In this document: positions 1-8,199 of the stretch, in pieces
Layout of the letters: every line of letters begins with the position of its first letter
Position numbering within the stretch: the first letter of the stretch is position 1
NCBI GenBank assembly: GCA_965263035.1
Contig: OZ253580.1
Coordinates: forward strand, 2,112,001-2,176,000
Reading direction: 5' to 3'
DNA length: 64,000 bases
Source of the DNA: Acidobacteriota bacterium
Lineage (GTDB): Bacteria > Acidobacteriota > UBA6911 > RPQK01 > JAJDTT01
Translations under genes and position numbers: made by a program
Notes under the pieces: model-generated
Told to the model about the DNA's origin: nothing
Seen by the model: the letters and a program-made list of their open reading frames with translations, nothing else
Databases searched by the model: none

Positions 1-1074
1 TCTCCGGTCTTCGTGCGCGCCGTACATGCCGTCATAGCGCCGCAGGTAGTCACCGATCGCAGCGACTGTCTTCTCCTGCGCTTTCATTTTGCGAACCGGT
101 TTCATGAACGCGTTTGCCAACGTGCGCGGTTGGTGTTCCCCGACTTCTCCCAGCACGAACTCGGCGCAAGCATAGGGAGCCGTCGCTCCCAGCTTTGCCC
201 CCGGCGAGACGGTCGCGATCAGATGGATCAACCGGCGTAAAACCTCTGCTGCCAGCGCGCGGTCTTCCGACAGGTTGCTGACCAGCTGACGTAGATCAAC
301 GACGACATAGGAGTAGAACAGGCCGCTGGTCAGCTCACTGGTATTGATATGGCCGGAACCGAGTTCGCCCTCGGCGGTGGCCAAGTCATCCAAAGCCGAG
401 AAATAATCTGGTTCGGCCTCTTCGGCGTGTACGGTGAAGCTGTGAGCGACGTGCACGGCGGCATCGCTACGAGCCATCACGTCGGACGTCACCATTCGGC
501 CGAAGAGCGAGGCATCCAACCCGGCGCCAAGACGCAGAGCCTTCAAGTTGTCGCGTTTCTTCCTGTCCTTGAAATAGGCAGCGACTGCCTTGGCCACGTC
601 GTCAGCATCGCCTTGGGCAAGCTCCGTGGCCAAGGTAGTAAGAAAGGTGATTTCTGGTGGGCCCAGTACGATGACTTGCTCCGTATGCAAATCCGCAAGA
701 AGATCTCCTCCTGTTTTGGCGGCCTGCTTGTCCTTGCGAGCCTGTTTGGCCTTGATGCTTTCGCCGAGTACGGCAGAGCGAATCGGCGTGAGGACGTTGA
801 AGATCTGCTCTTCCGACAGGTGCTGTTTCTTTAGCCGGCCCGCAATCTCATCACTGAACACGCGCCGGGAGCGGACGGATCGGCCAGAGCCCAGATCCTG
901 CAACGACCACTCACCCGTTGCCTCACGCCAGTGTCGCTTCAGGCACTGGGACGAGACACGGATGCGATCGCAACCGCCAAACGGCAGACGCTTAGCCCGA
1001 CCGATATCATCGCGGTTCAGGAGCGTAGCGGAATACCCGGTGAGGGTGTGAATTTGTAGGAAACGAGGGTTCAT
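1..1074 (-). CDS. cas7: Type I-E Cascade backbone Cas7/Cse4 (3' end truncated by window edge; absent from ORF track)
   Basis: Manual translation from ATG at 1074: MNPRFLQIHTLTGYSATLLNRDDIGRAKRLPFGGCDRIRVSSQCLKRHWR...FGRMVTSD...AAVHVAHSFTVH...DYFSALDDL...GSGHINTSELTSGLFYSYVVVD; AGGAG RBS upstream. Confidence 0.95.
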   Translation of the reverse strand, partial: MNPRFLQIHTLTGYSATLLNRDDIGRAKRLPFGGCDRIRVSSQCLKRHWREATGEWSLQDLGSGRSVRSRRVFSDEIAGRLKKQHLSEEQIFNVLTPIRSAVLGESIKAKQARKDKQAAKTGGDLLADLHTEQVIVLGPPEITFLTTLATELAQGDADDVAKAVAAYFKDRKKRDNLKALRLGAGLDASLFGRMVTSDVMARSDAAVHVAHSFTVHAEEAEPDYFSALDDLATAEGELGSGHINTSELTSGLFYSYVVVDLRQLVSNLSEDRALAAEVLRRLIHLIATVSPGAKLGATAPYACAEFVLGEVGEHQPRTLANAFMKPVRKMKAQEKTVAAIGDYLRRYDGMYGAHEDRR

Positions 1075-1111
1075 GGTTGTTTCTGCTCCTTAGAAAATTT
1101 GAATCCGCGAA

Positions 1112-1684
1112 CTAGGATTGAGTGGCTTGAGCACGGAAATAGTCACGCGCCAGTTGGTGGATGGTGAATTCGGTTTGAATGCCCCTGTTCCGGGACTGAC
1201 CGAGCAACAGGCGAGCGGGCTGTACCCAGTTGGCCGCGCTGACGCCTTTTCGAGCGAGCCAGACTCCTGCGGTGCGTACCTCACGAGCCAGGTTCTCGCC
1301 TTCAGCGCGCAGCAATCGAACGAAACGATCTTCGGAATAGCCTGATTCAGCCAGCGCGGTCCCGAACGGCCGGTCGAACGAATGCGGGTTCGGCGCCATC
1401 TGGACCATCGCGCGGATCAGGGCCGCCCAGGCCAAGTCGACGCGTCGGTCAGGTCGGCCCACTGGTTCGCGCCACTCCGGCGGCACAACATCATTGGTCA
1501 AGTAGAGCCTCCAAAACGCCGGCGGCAACTCGCCACGCGAGATACGGCGAAGCTCGGCCAACTCTCCGGGGCCGATCCTGTCGGCATTCAAACGGTACGA
1601 AATAGTGGCGATCACTTGGCCTAAGCGCCGCGGCTCGGCCGGGTCATTTGAGATTGGCTTTCCAGCCACAACTTCCGTGCTCAC
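1112..1684 (-). CDS. cse2: Type I-E small subunit Cas11/Cse2 (CasB)
   Basis: GPGELAELRR, PAFWRL, GYSEDRFVRLLRA and LARDYF motifs; lies between cas8e and cas7. Confidence 0.88.
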   Translation of the reverse strand: MSTEVVAGKPISNDPAEPRRLGQVIATISYRLNADRIGPGELAELRRISRGELPPAFWRLYLTNDVVPPEWREPVGRPDRRVDLAWAALIRAMVQMAPNPHSFDRPFGTALAESGYSEDRFVRLLRAEGENLAREVRTAGVWLARKGVSAANWVQPARLLLGQSRNRGIQTEFTIHQLARDYFRAQATQS

Positions 1685-3249
1685 GAGGATCTCTCCTTCG
1701 AGTGTTGAGTGGGAAAGGCATCGGGCAGGTGCTTGCGCAAGCCACCGTACAGTACTGCTTCAGACTTGGCGCGAGCCTTCTCTCGCCGCGCACTGGGTGG
1801 CGACGTGCGGCTCCAAACCGCGTTCGCCAGCCTGACGGCTTCCTCCCGCAGAAATTGCTGCCAGCGACGGCTGGTTTCGTCGATGCCTTCGGTCGGCGCG
1901 GCGAACAGGGAATCGAAAAATCGCACGTCAATCGCACGATCGTATTTCGCCACGATCGGTGTGGCATCTCGTCTTTGGAAGTTGGGGTTTTCCGGGCCTT
2001 GCAGGTAGACAAGCACGGCCTGCCGCAGCACCCGTCGCGCCTCGCCGGCCAGGGAAACCATATTCTCCGAAAGTTTGGCCAACGGAAGCTTATTGTCCCA
2101 GTCATCTTCGTCGTCAGAGTCAAATAGCCTGACTGCCACCGAATACGACAGCGGGATGACACGTTCATGCAACCCTTCCGTTTTTCCCTGGCCTCGCACC
2201 AGCACCGTCATATGGATCTCAGAATCCTGTCCTCTCTCGCCAGGTAACTCCCTCAAAGACAGTGGTTTTGTCAACTCCCTGCGGTTGAACAAGATGCGTT
2301 GTGCCAAGCGGTAATCGAAGCCATTCGCGCTGACGGTAAGTGATGATTGGCCACCTTTCCCAAGATTGATCGGCACCCACGGGTCGCCCAAATTCCCTTT
2401 CAACGCCCGGGCCTGCACGCGGGTCTTGTTGGCAGGGAGCCCGAGCGCTCGAATACGCCCCTCCGGTCCGGTCGTCAGTCGCACTCGGCGACAGACTTCG
2501 ATGAAGTACGGATCTAGGTCACGCAGATTGAGTTGGACATCCGTATCCCAGTTCTGAAGCCAAGTGATCGCCAAACCCCCATCGGATCGGAAGAGGTCAT
2601 CGCTGACCCTCTCAAGCAGCTCCGAACGACGATTGAGGAGCATGCGTATGGATCGCACGATCCGCGGTCCCCATCGCGCGCTCGGCCGCCGATCGACGAG
2701 GACACGACTGGCTAGGCCTCCGTTCATTCGGGCAATGCCGGGATTTCGACGGCCGGAGTAGCCTTGGCTGGTTTGGAGTGTGACCAACGCGTAAAGCCAG
2801 GAGTGTGGTGCGGCGGCCGTTGCCTGAGCCTGTTTGCGGTCGTGGTTTTTGGCCGTCACCAGTACGTCGAGCGCGTCCGGTGTCTCTGCGACGAGCTTGA
2901 ATTGGTCGACCCTCTTCGTTGGCGGCTGAAGCAATGCTGGCTTGGACGCGTTCGCGGCCACCAGACTCCAAGCGGTGTCCGCACATTCGGGAGTCAACTC
3001 GGCCAGCGATGCCCGCCAGTCCTTCGAGGCACCGGGCAGATCTGTTCGGCCTACACGATGCAAAGCAATCGCGCCGAGCTGCGCCAGGAACTGATACCAG
3101 GCTTGCGCTTGGTGCGCGGTCAATCCGGGGAACGCGTCGACGGAATCGCTCACGAGTCGACCGAACAGCTCAGGCAACGTCACCGGGTCCGGTTCCCGCT
3201 TTCCATTGGACACAACTGGCACGAGTGCTTCGGTTAGTAAATCAAACAC
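1681..3249 (-). CDS. cse1: Type I-E large subunit Cas8e/Cse1 (CasA)
   Basis: N-terminal FDLLTEALVPV, TPDALDVLVTAKNHD, GIARMNGG, PYFIEVCRRVRL, GDPW and RGQGKTEG motifs; operon position. Confidence 0.9.
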   Translation of the reverse strand: MFDLLTEALVPVVSNGKREPDPVTLPELFGRLVSDSVDAFPGLTAHQAQAWYQFLAQLGAIALHRVGRTDLPGASKDWRASLAELTPECADTAWSLVAANASKPALLQPPTKRVDQFKLVAETPDALDVLVTAKNHDRKQAQATAAAPHSWLYALVTLQTSQGYSGRRNPGIARMNGGLASRVLVDRRPSARWGPRIVRSIRMLLNRRSELLERVSDDLFRSDGGLAITWLQNWDTDVQLNLRDLDPYFIEVCRRVRLTTGPEGRIRALGLPANKTRVQARALKGNLGDPWVPINLGKGGQSSLTVSANGFDYRLAQRILFNRRELTKPLSLRELPGERGQDSEIHMTVLVRGQGKTEGLHERVIPLSYSVAVRLFDSDDEDDWDNKLPLAKLSENMVSLAGEARRVLRQAVLVYLQGPENPNFQRRDATPIVAKYDRAIDVRFFDSLFAAPTEGIDETSRRWQQFLREEAVRLANAVWSRTSPPSARREKARAKSEAVLYGGLRKHLPDAFPTQHSKERSS

Positions 3250-3279
3250 CGCTTATGTTTTCTCCTTGTTTCCCCATCT

Positions 3280-3416
3280 GCGACGCCCCCTCCAATGGGC
3301 GGACCTTTGATGCTCGTTCGCGAAGCTCACCTGACCTCGCGACCCCCGCATCTGCGGGGATGGACCCGCTGCCTGCTACGCGGTGCAAGCTTCCCCGTAT
3401 TGACGGGGACTAGGAA
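3280..3416 (+). CRISPR. Degenerate type I-E mini-array (two clear repeats and one possible decayed repeat), antisense to the cas genes
   Basis: 3339-3367 GCGACCCCCGCATCTGCGGGGATGGACCC and 3388-3416 AGCTTCCCCGTATTGACGGGGACTAGGAA both carry the I-E CCCCGn-4nt-nCGGGG hairpin; 20-nt spacer between them; weaker copy at 3280-3305 followed by 33 nt. Confidence 0.72.
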
Positions 3417-3436
3417 CAGCGGTGCTGTACCAACTC

Positions 3437-6055
3437 CTAATCACTTACGCGAACGAGCCCGAAGCGGTCGTACCGAAAATCATGCGATCCGAAGCGAAAT
3501 CGGATCGTATGCGAGCGGACATCAACGACCTCCACCTCTCCATCCTCTGTCGTCTCGCCGACCATCCAACCCGGTATGCTCAACGTACGCACCAACTGGC
3601 CGAAGGGGCCGAGGAGGGGTTCGGGCAGTTTCACGCGGTGGTCCTTGAGACCAAGACGCGTTTCGGCACGCTGATCCGAAACCGGCTGGTTATCGATCAG
3701 CGGTTCTTCCCAGCGGATTGCGACAGTATTGGCTCCCTGTCCCTCGGCCAACCTCTGGCCTTCCACGGATTGTAGATGTGTCGGCCAGATGCTGCCGAGC
3801 CGTTCGGCGTGGGCGTACAAGGCGGCATAATGAGTGGCAGTTTCAACGACCGCCCGGTTGTCGGCCGGAATGTGGATCTTTCCTCGAGCAACCAACCAGT
3901 CGCGGACGGCCAGAACACCAACGATGTTTTCGTAAACGCTGCCCAAGCCCAGCAATGTGCGCCCGCGCGGACTGCCAGTGCGCGAGTTCAAGGTGCCGGC
4001 AAGTTGCGCGGCCGTCGGCGCCAGCACAGTAATCCTCGCGTCTTCGAAACCAATCGGTCTGGGACGCTGGTGGCGGTGCAGACGACCGATGCGCTGTAGC
4101 AATACGTCGCCTGGTGCAATGTCGGTCACCAACCAATCCGCGCATATGTCGAGCGACTGCTCGGCCGTCTGTGTGGTTACTGCCACGACGCCGGATCGCT
4201 CTCCCTTGGGGAACGCGTTTTCCAGCGCATTATCAAGCAGTCGCCGGTCCTCTGGAGCGAATCGTCCGTGGTGCGGCGCAATCGTGCCCTCACAGCGCAA
4301 CAGACGAGTATTCCTCTCCTCCAGGCGTCGCACTGTCTCCTGCGCGTCGTCAACCCGGTTGCGAATGAACAGTACCGCCGCTCCCGCGGCCGCGGCGGCT
4401 TTGAGATGATCCAGCAGGACCGGGAAGTCAGATTCCGGATCGATCAACTCCACCACAACACTCTTTTCGCGTCCATCGCGGACCACCGACCGGAGAGGTT
4501 CGTCCGTGCGCTGCAACGAGGGATAGTGCAGCGCCGAAGCGTCCGAGACTCCGGGAACCGTGTGGGCCTCGATACGGCCAGCCAATAGACGCATCCGAGC
4601 TTGCGATCCCAGCGTTGCCGACATCAACAACGCATGCCCTCCGGACTTCGTGTGCTGGTTGAGCACGTTGCGCAACAGTGTCGTCATATAAGCGTCGGAG
4701 GCATGCACCTCGTCTATGCACAGCAGGAGGCGCAACATCGGGCCGGAGCGGAACGGAGCATGTCGCACGCGCAGTCCGCCCATCAAAACTTGATCGACGG
4801 TGCCCACCATCACCGCGCCGGAAAGATAACGCTTGGCGTTCTCCACCGCCCAAGTACGATCTCGGTCGGTTTCATCTGGCCAAAGAACGTCGTACGTGTC
4901 GGGCAGGGGCTGGCCTTCGTCCTCATCTACTCGAAGGTAGCCGGGCACCGCCAAACCTACTGGCGGAGTAGCTTCCCCGAACCAGCGCCGGAGCATGGCC
5001 CGGATGCGGCCGTGAATCTGAATAGCCGCTGCCCGGGTCGGTAGTGCGAAATAGAGGCCGTCGACCTGACCGGACTGGAATAGGCGCAGGAAGTGGATGA
5101 GTGCAGCCTCGGTTTTTCCGGAACCCGTTTCAGCCTCCAGTATTGTCGTTTGTCCCGGTTCGGGTAATGGCATGCTCAGCAACGCCTCTTGCGCGGGCCT
5201 GGGCCTGGTCAGGTCCGGGAAGAGTATCTTGAACTCCGCGACGAGTCCCCTAGCCGCATTTCGCGCGCGAGTCGGATCCAGCCACCGCCGCTTGATCAGA
5301 TCTGCTGCCTGCTGGCGGGCCCAAGGAATGCGAGCCTCCCCGGAAGGAATCGTTTTGTCCGGGCACAAGAACACCGTGGGGTCCGATCCAAGCCAGTCCG
5401 CGAGCGTGATCATGCCAGCGAGCGCATGCAGGAAGCGGGGGCTGTCCGGGAGCGTTTCATCGGGCTCGTCAGCGAATGCCTCCGAGAACATGTTCGTCAT
5501 GATCTGCGCAAGTTCAGAAAGAGCAACAAGCGGGTCGTATCCGTCGCGCTGCTGCCAGAGACTCGGGTCGGGCCGGGTCGACAGGTTGGCGGGGAGGCTT
5601 CCATGGTGGGCAAGCACCGCATTCCAAATCTCGACTTCCGCCTCCCAGTCCACATTCCAACGACGCCAAAGTGAAGCAGTGAGGGATTTACGCACCCGCT
5701 TGCGGAGCAAATAATGGCTACTGTGGACAGGGGAACCGCATAAGACGGACCATACTGGCTGGATGTGTCCACAGTCCGGCTTCCGGCGTTGCAAGCGCGC
5801 CTGGAAGCCGTGATTTGCCTTGCCCACATCATGGAGTCCGATGAAGAATCCGAGACGAGCGACATCGACATCCGAGAGATCGCGCTTGGCGAGTGCGCCG
5901 AGACGCGACGCCACCGTGGGCAATCGAAACAGTGTTTCGGCGACTGCGGCGACGTCGATCGAATGATCGACAAGACTGAGCCACCCGGACCGGGATTTTG
6001 CCCAGGCCCGTCCTGCTTTCTCCAATTCTGCCACTGCGTTGATCTCTGGCGCCAT
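3437..6055 (-). CDS. cas3: CRISPR-associated helicase/nuclease Cas3 (HD + SF2)
   Basis: WAKS, HSIDVA, LHDVGKA, LAHHG, LADWLGS HD domain; AETGSGKT, DEVH, MSAT and QRIGRLHRH helicase motifs. Confidence 0.97.
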   Translation of the reverse strand: MAPEINAVAELEKAGRAWAKSRSGWLSLVDHSIDVAAVAETLFRLPTVASRLGALAKRDLSDVDVARLGFFIGLHDVGKANHGFQARLQRRKPDCGHIQPVWSVLCGSPVHSSHYLLRKRVRKSLTASLWRRWNVDWEAEVEIWNAVLAHHGSLPANLSTRPDPSLWQQRDGYDPLVALSELAQIMTNMFSEAFADEPDETLPDSPRFLHALAGMITLADWLGSDPTVFLCPDKTIPSGEARIPWARQQAADLIKRRWLDPTRARNAARGLVAEFKILFPDLTRPRPAQEALLSMPLPEPGQTTILEAETGSGKTEAALIHFLRLFQSGQVDGLYFALPTRAAAIQIHGRIRAMLRRWFGEATPPVGLAVPGYLRVDEDEGQPLPDTYDVLWPDETDRDRTWAVENAKRYLSGAVMVGTVDQVLMGGLRVRHAPFRSGPMLRLLLCIDEVHASDAYMTTLLRNVLNQHTKSGGHALLMSATLGSQARMRLLAGRIEAHTVPGVSDASALHYPSLQRTDEPLRSVVRDGREKSVVVELIDPESDFPVLLDHLKAAAAAGAAVLFIRNRVDDAQETVRRLEERNTRLLRCEGTIAPHHGRFAPEDRRLLDNALENAFPKGERSGVVAVTTQTAEQSLDICADWLVTDIAPGDVLLQRIGRLHRHQRPRPIGFEDARITVLAPTAAQLAGTLNSRTGSPRGRTLLGLGSVYENIVGVLAVRDWLVARGKIHIPADNRAVVETATHYAALYAHAERLGSIWPTHLQSVEGQRLAEGQGANTVAIRWEEPLIDNQPVSDQRAETRLGLKDHRVKLPEPLLGPFGQLVRTLSIPGWMVGETTEDGEVEVVDVRSHTIRFRFGSHDFRYDRFGLVRVSD

Positions 6056-6127
6056 CGTCGAATCTCAGCACGTTCTGTGCCGAGGTTCTATAAACTTGAG
6101 AGAGGCTTAAAGGGCACGATAAAGGAT

Positions 6128-6133
6128 ATTATA
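6128..6133 (-). promoter_or_regulatory. Candidate -10 box (TATAAT) for the cas operon
   Basis: Perfect TATAAT on the minus strand about 75 bp upstream of the cas3 start, in AT-rich DNA; no good -35. Confidence 0.35.
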
Positions 6134-6512
6134 CAACCTTATTTCTGGCCTAGATCTGGAACCGGAGGCCAGGATCCCGAGTTCAAGCTGATGGTTTGAT
6201 CCACCTAGTTGACAGCCCTGAAGGCCCTGCATCCAGCCGGGAAATCCGGGCATGGTCGACGATCGGCGGCTGGCGCTGAACACCCTGTCTTGAGTCCCTG
6301 GAGCCGTCTCGAACTCCGGATCCGCGCCGGTGAGGGACGTCCGCGGCGGTCTTGAGGCCGATGCCTTTCCCTGATGCTGCTAGCTGGAGGCCCAGTGCCG
6401 TCAAGAAGCCATGAGCCAGCATCAAGCTTCGGATGCGGTACGTGGCAGCGGCGTCCGGCGGCCTCGTAGTAACAATATCGGGAGGAATTTACGACTATTA
6501 CTAGTTTGTGGT

Positions 6513-6743
6513 TCAGAGAACTGAGCTACCTGCTTCGGCTCTGCTCCGTCCCTCGCCTGTTGCGACTGGTCTGGACTCAAGCCATTCGTCGATATCGGAC
6601 CTAAGCCAGCCAACGGCACGACTCCCGAGTTGAAAGGAAGACGGGAACTTACCCTGTTTTTGGAGTCGCCAAATTGTGGCTCGGCTGAGCCCGACTACTT
6701 GACAGACTTGATTTGCTCGGAGGATTTGCGGTTGGACGTTCAT
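6513..6743 (-). CDS. alpA: AlpA-family transcriptional regulator / excisionase
   Basis: ILRANQVCQVVGLSRATIWRLQKQGKFPSSFQLGSRAVGWLRSDIDEWL is the AlpA signature; adjacent to the integrase. Confidence 0.92.
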   Translation of the reverse strand: MNVQPQILRANQVCQVVGLSRATIWRLQKQGKFPSSFQLGSRAVGWLRSDIDEWLESRPVATGEGRSRAEAGSSVL

Positions 6744-6923
6744 TCAAGGACTCCTTTCGTCGAAGCCATCTCCTTCGCAAATGGATGGCTTGCGTCGAGT
6801 TCTAGAGTCCTATCAAATGTCCGACCCTATCTGAGATCAGACACTAGAACCTGTAAACTTATCTTGTAACCTAAGCTTCGTAACCTTGTTACCTTCCATT
6901 TTCTCATACTTCTAAATGCGGTG

Positions 6924-8075
6924 TCAAGCGATATAATTCGCCCAGTGCCCCATCAATTCGCGTCGCCGCGCGAACATATCAGATCGAAAATAGGCGCCTT
7001 CAACACCCTTGACGGTGTGCGCCAGACAAGCTTCTGCGACTTCCCGCGCTGCCCCGGTGTCGCCACACCAATCTCGGAAACTGGACCGGAAGCCATGCGG
7101 CACCGCCGGGATGCCGTTTTCTCTGATGAGCTTGGAAATCGTCGAATCGCTCAACGTCCGCCCGCTCGGACTCGGAAACACCAGCCCGGAACCGTCCGCG
7201 AATTTCAACACCTCGTTAAGCACTTCGAGAGCCCGTTTCGACAACGGCACCCGGTGCTCCCGCCGGGTCTTCATGCGCTTGCCCGGTATGGTCCAAGTCG
7301 GTTTCGAAAGGTCCACTTCCTTCCACCGAGCGCCCCGAACCTCACCGGAGCGACAAGCCGTTAGCACAATGAACTCAAACGCAAGCACCGTGGCCCGGTA
7401 GGCACCCGACTGTCGAACTTTCTTAATCGCGGCCCCGACTTCACCATGCGGGAGGGCCCTATGGTGCTGGCGGCGAACACCGTTTTTCGGGAGAGCCGCC
7501 CCGATGACTTCTCCGGCCGGATTGTCTTGACGGTAGTTCTGGGCCACCGCCCATTTCATGACGGCGCCGATGCGTTGCCGCACCCGTCGAGCCGTCTCCC
7601 GCTTCTCGTTCCAGATTGGAAGGAGCACGGCCAGCACGTCAGCCGTCGTTATCTTGTCCACGCGCTTGCGCCCCAGTATCGGCATGGCGTAGTCACGGAG
7701 ACTCGCCCGCCATTGCGCCTCAGATTTGCCGCCGGGCCGCCACGTCGCCGCATGAATTCGGATGACCTTATCGGCGGCTTTCTCAAACGTCGGAATGCCG
7801 CCGCCGCGCGGGTCGCGTCCTTGGTGGACGGCCCGGCGGTTAACCAGCGCCGCGTTGCGAGCCTCGGCCAGCGTGACCACTGGATAGATGCCAAGGCCAA
7901 TGTTGAATGGCTTGCCGTTCATTCTGAGCCGCTGCGACCATGTTTTGGAGAGTCGCCCGGATGCGGTAGGCTTGACCAAGATGCTCAAACCATGCCCACC
8001 GCGCCCGTCTCCATACCGGCCCGGTCGGTTGATGGATCTAACGAAAGATGCCGAAAGTTGCTTGGGACGTTTCAT
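6924..8075 (-). CDS. P4-like tyrosine integrase with N-terminal arm-binding domain
   Basis: PGRYGDG..GL..GLG.YP.VTLAEAR arm domain; catalytic ACRSGE, MKTRREH, HGFRSSFRDW, LAH and AY residues. Confidence 0.96.
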   Translation of the reverse strand: MKRPKQLSASFVRSINRPGRYGDGRGGHGLSILVKPTASGRLSKTWSQRLRMNGKPFNIGLGIYPVVTLAEARNAALVNRRAVHQGRDPRGGGIPTFEKAADKVIRIHAATWRPGGKSEAQWRASLRDYAMPILGRKRVDKITTADVLAVLLPIWNEKRETARRVRQRIGAVMKWAVAQNYRQDNPAGEVIGAALPKNGVRRQHHRALPHGEVGAAIKKVRQSGAYRATVLAFEFIVLTACRSGEVRGARWKEVDLSKPTWTIPGKRMKTRREHRVPLSKRALEVLNEVLKFADGSGLVFPSPSGRTLSDSTISKLIRENGIPAVPHGFRSSFRDWCGDTGAAREVAEACLAHTVKGVEGAYFRSDMFARRRELMGHWANYIA

Positions 8076-8199
8076 TTCGATATTATCTCCATTATCACTA
8101 TATTGGAGAGATTACACGAAACGGAGTGAAACGTCAATGGACATCAAAGATTTGATTATAAAAGAGTTAGGTGGACTTTCTGAGACGAATAGAAACTGA

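Noticed and set aside
5304-5313. 10-nt match (GCTGCCTGCT) of the 20-nt mini-array spacer inside cas3; also a 6-nt match after AAC at 3935-3943
   Set aside because: The first has TCT upstream, not a known I-E PAM, and lies mid-gene; the second is too short; both are compatible with chance
6183-6425. IS701-like transposase C-terminal remnant (MLAHGFLT)
   Set aside because: Only a short motif resemblance; no termini or further similarity could be confirmed by eye
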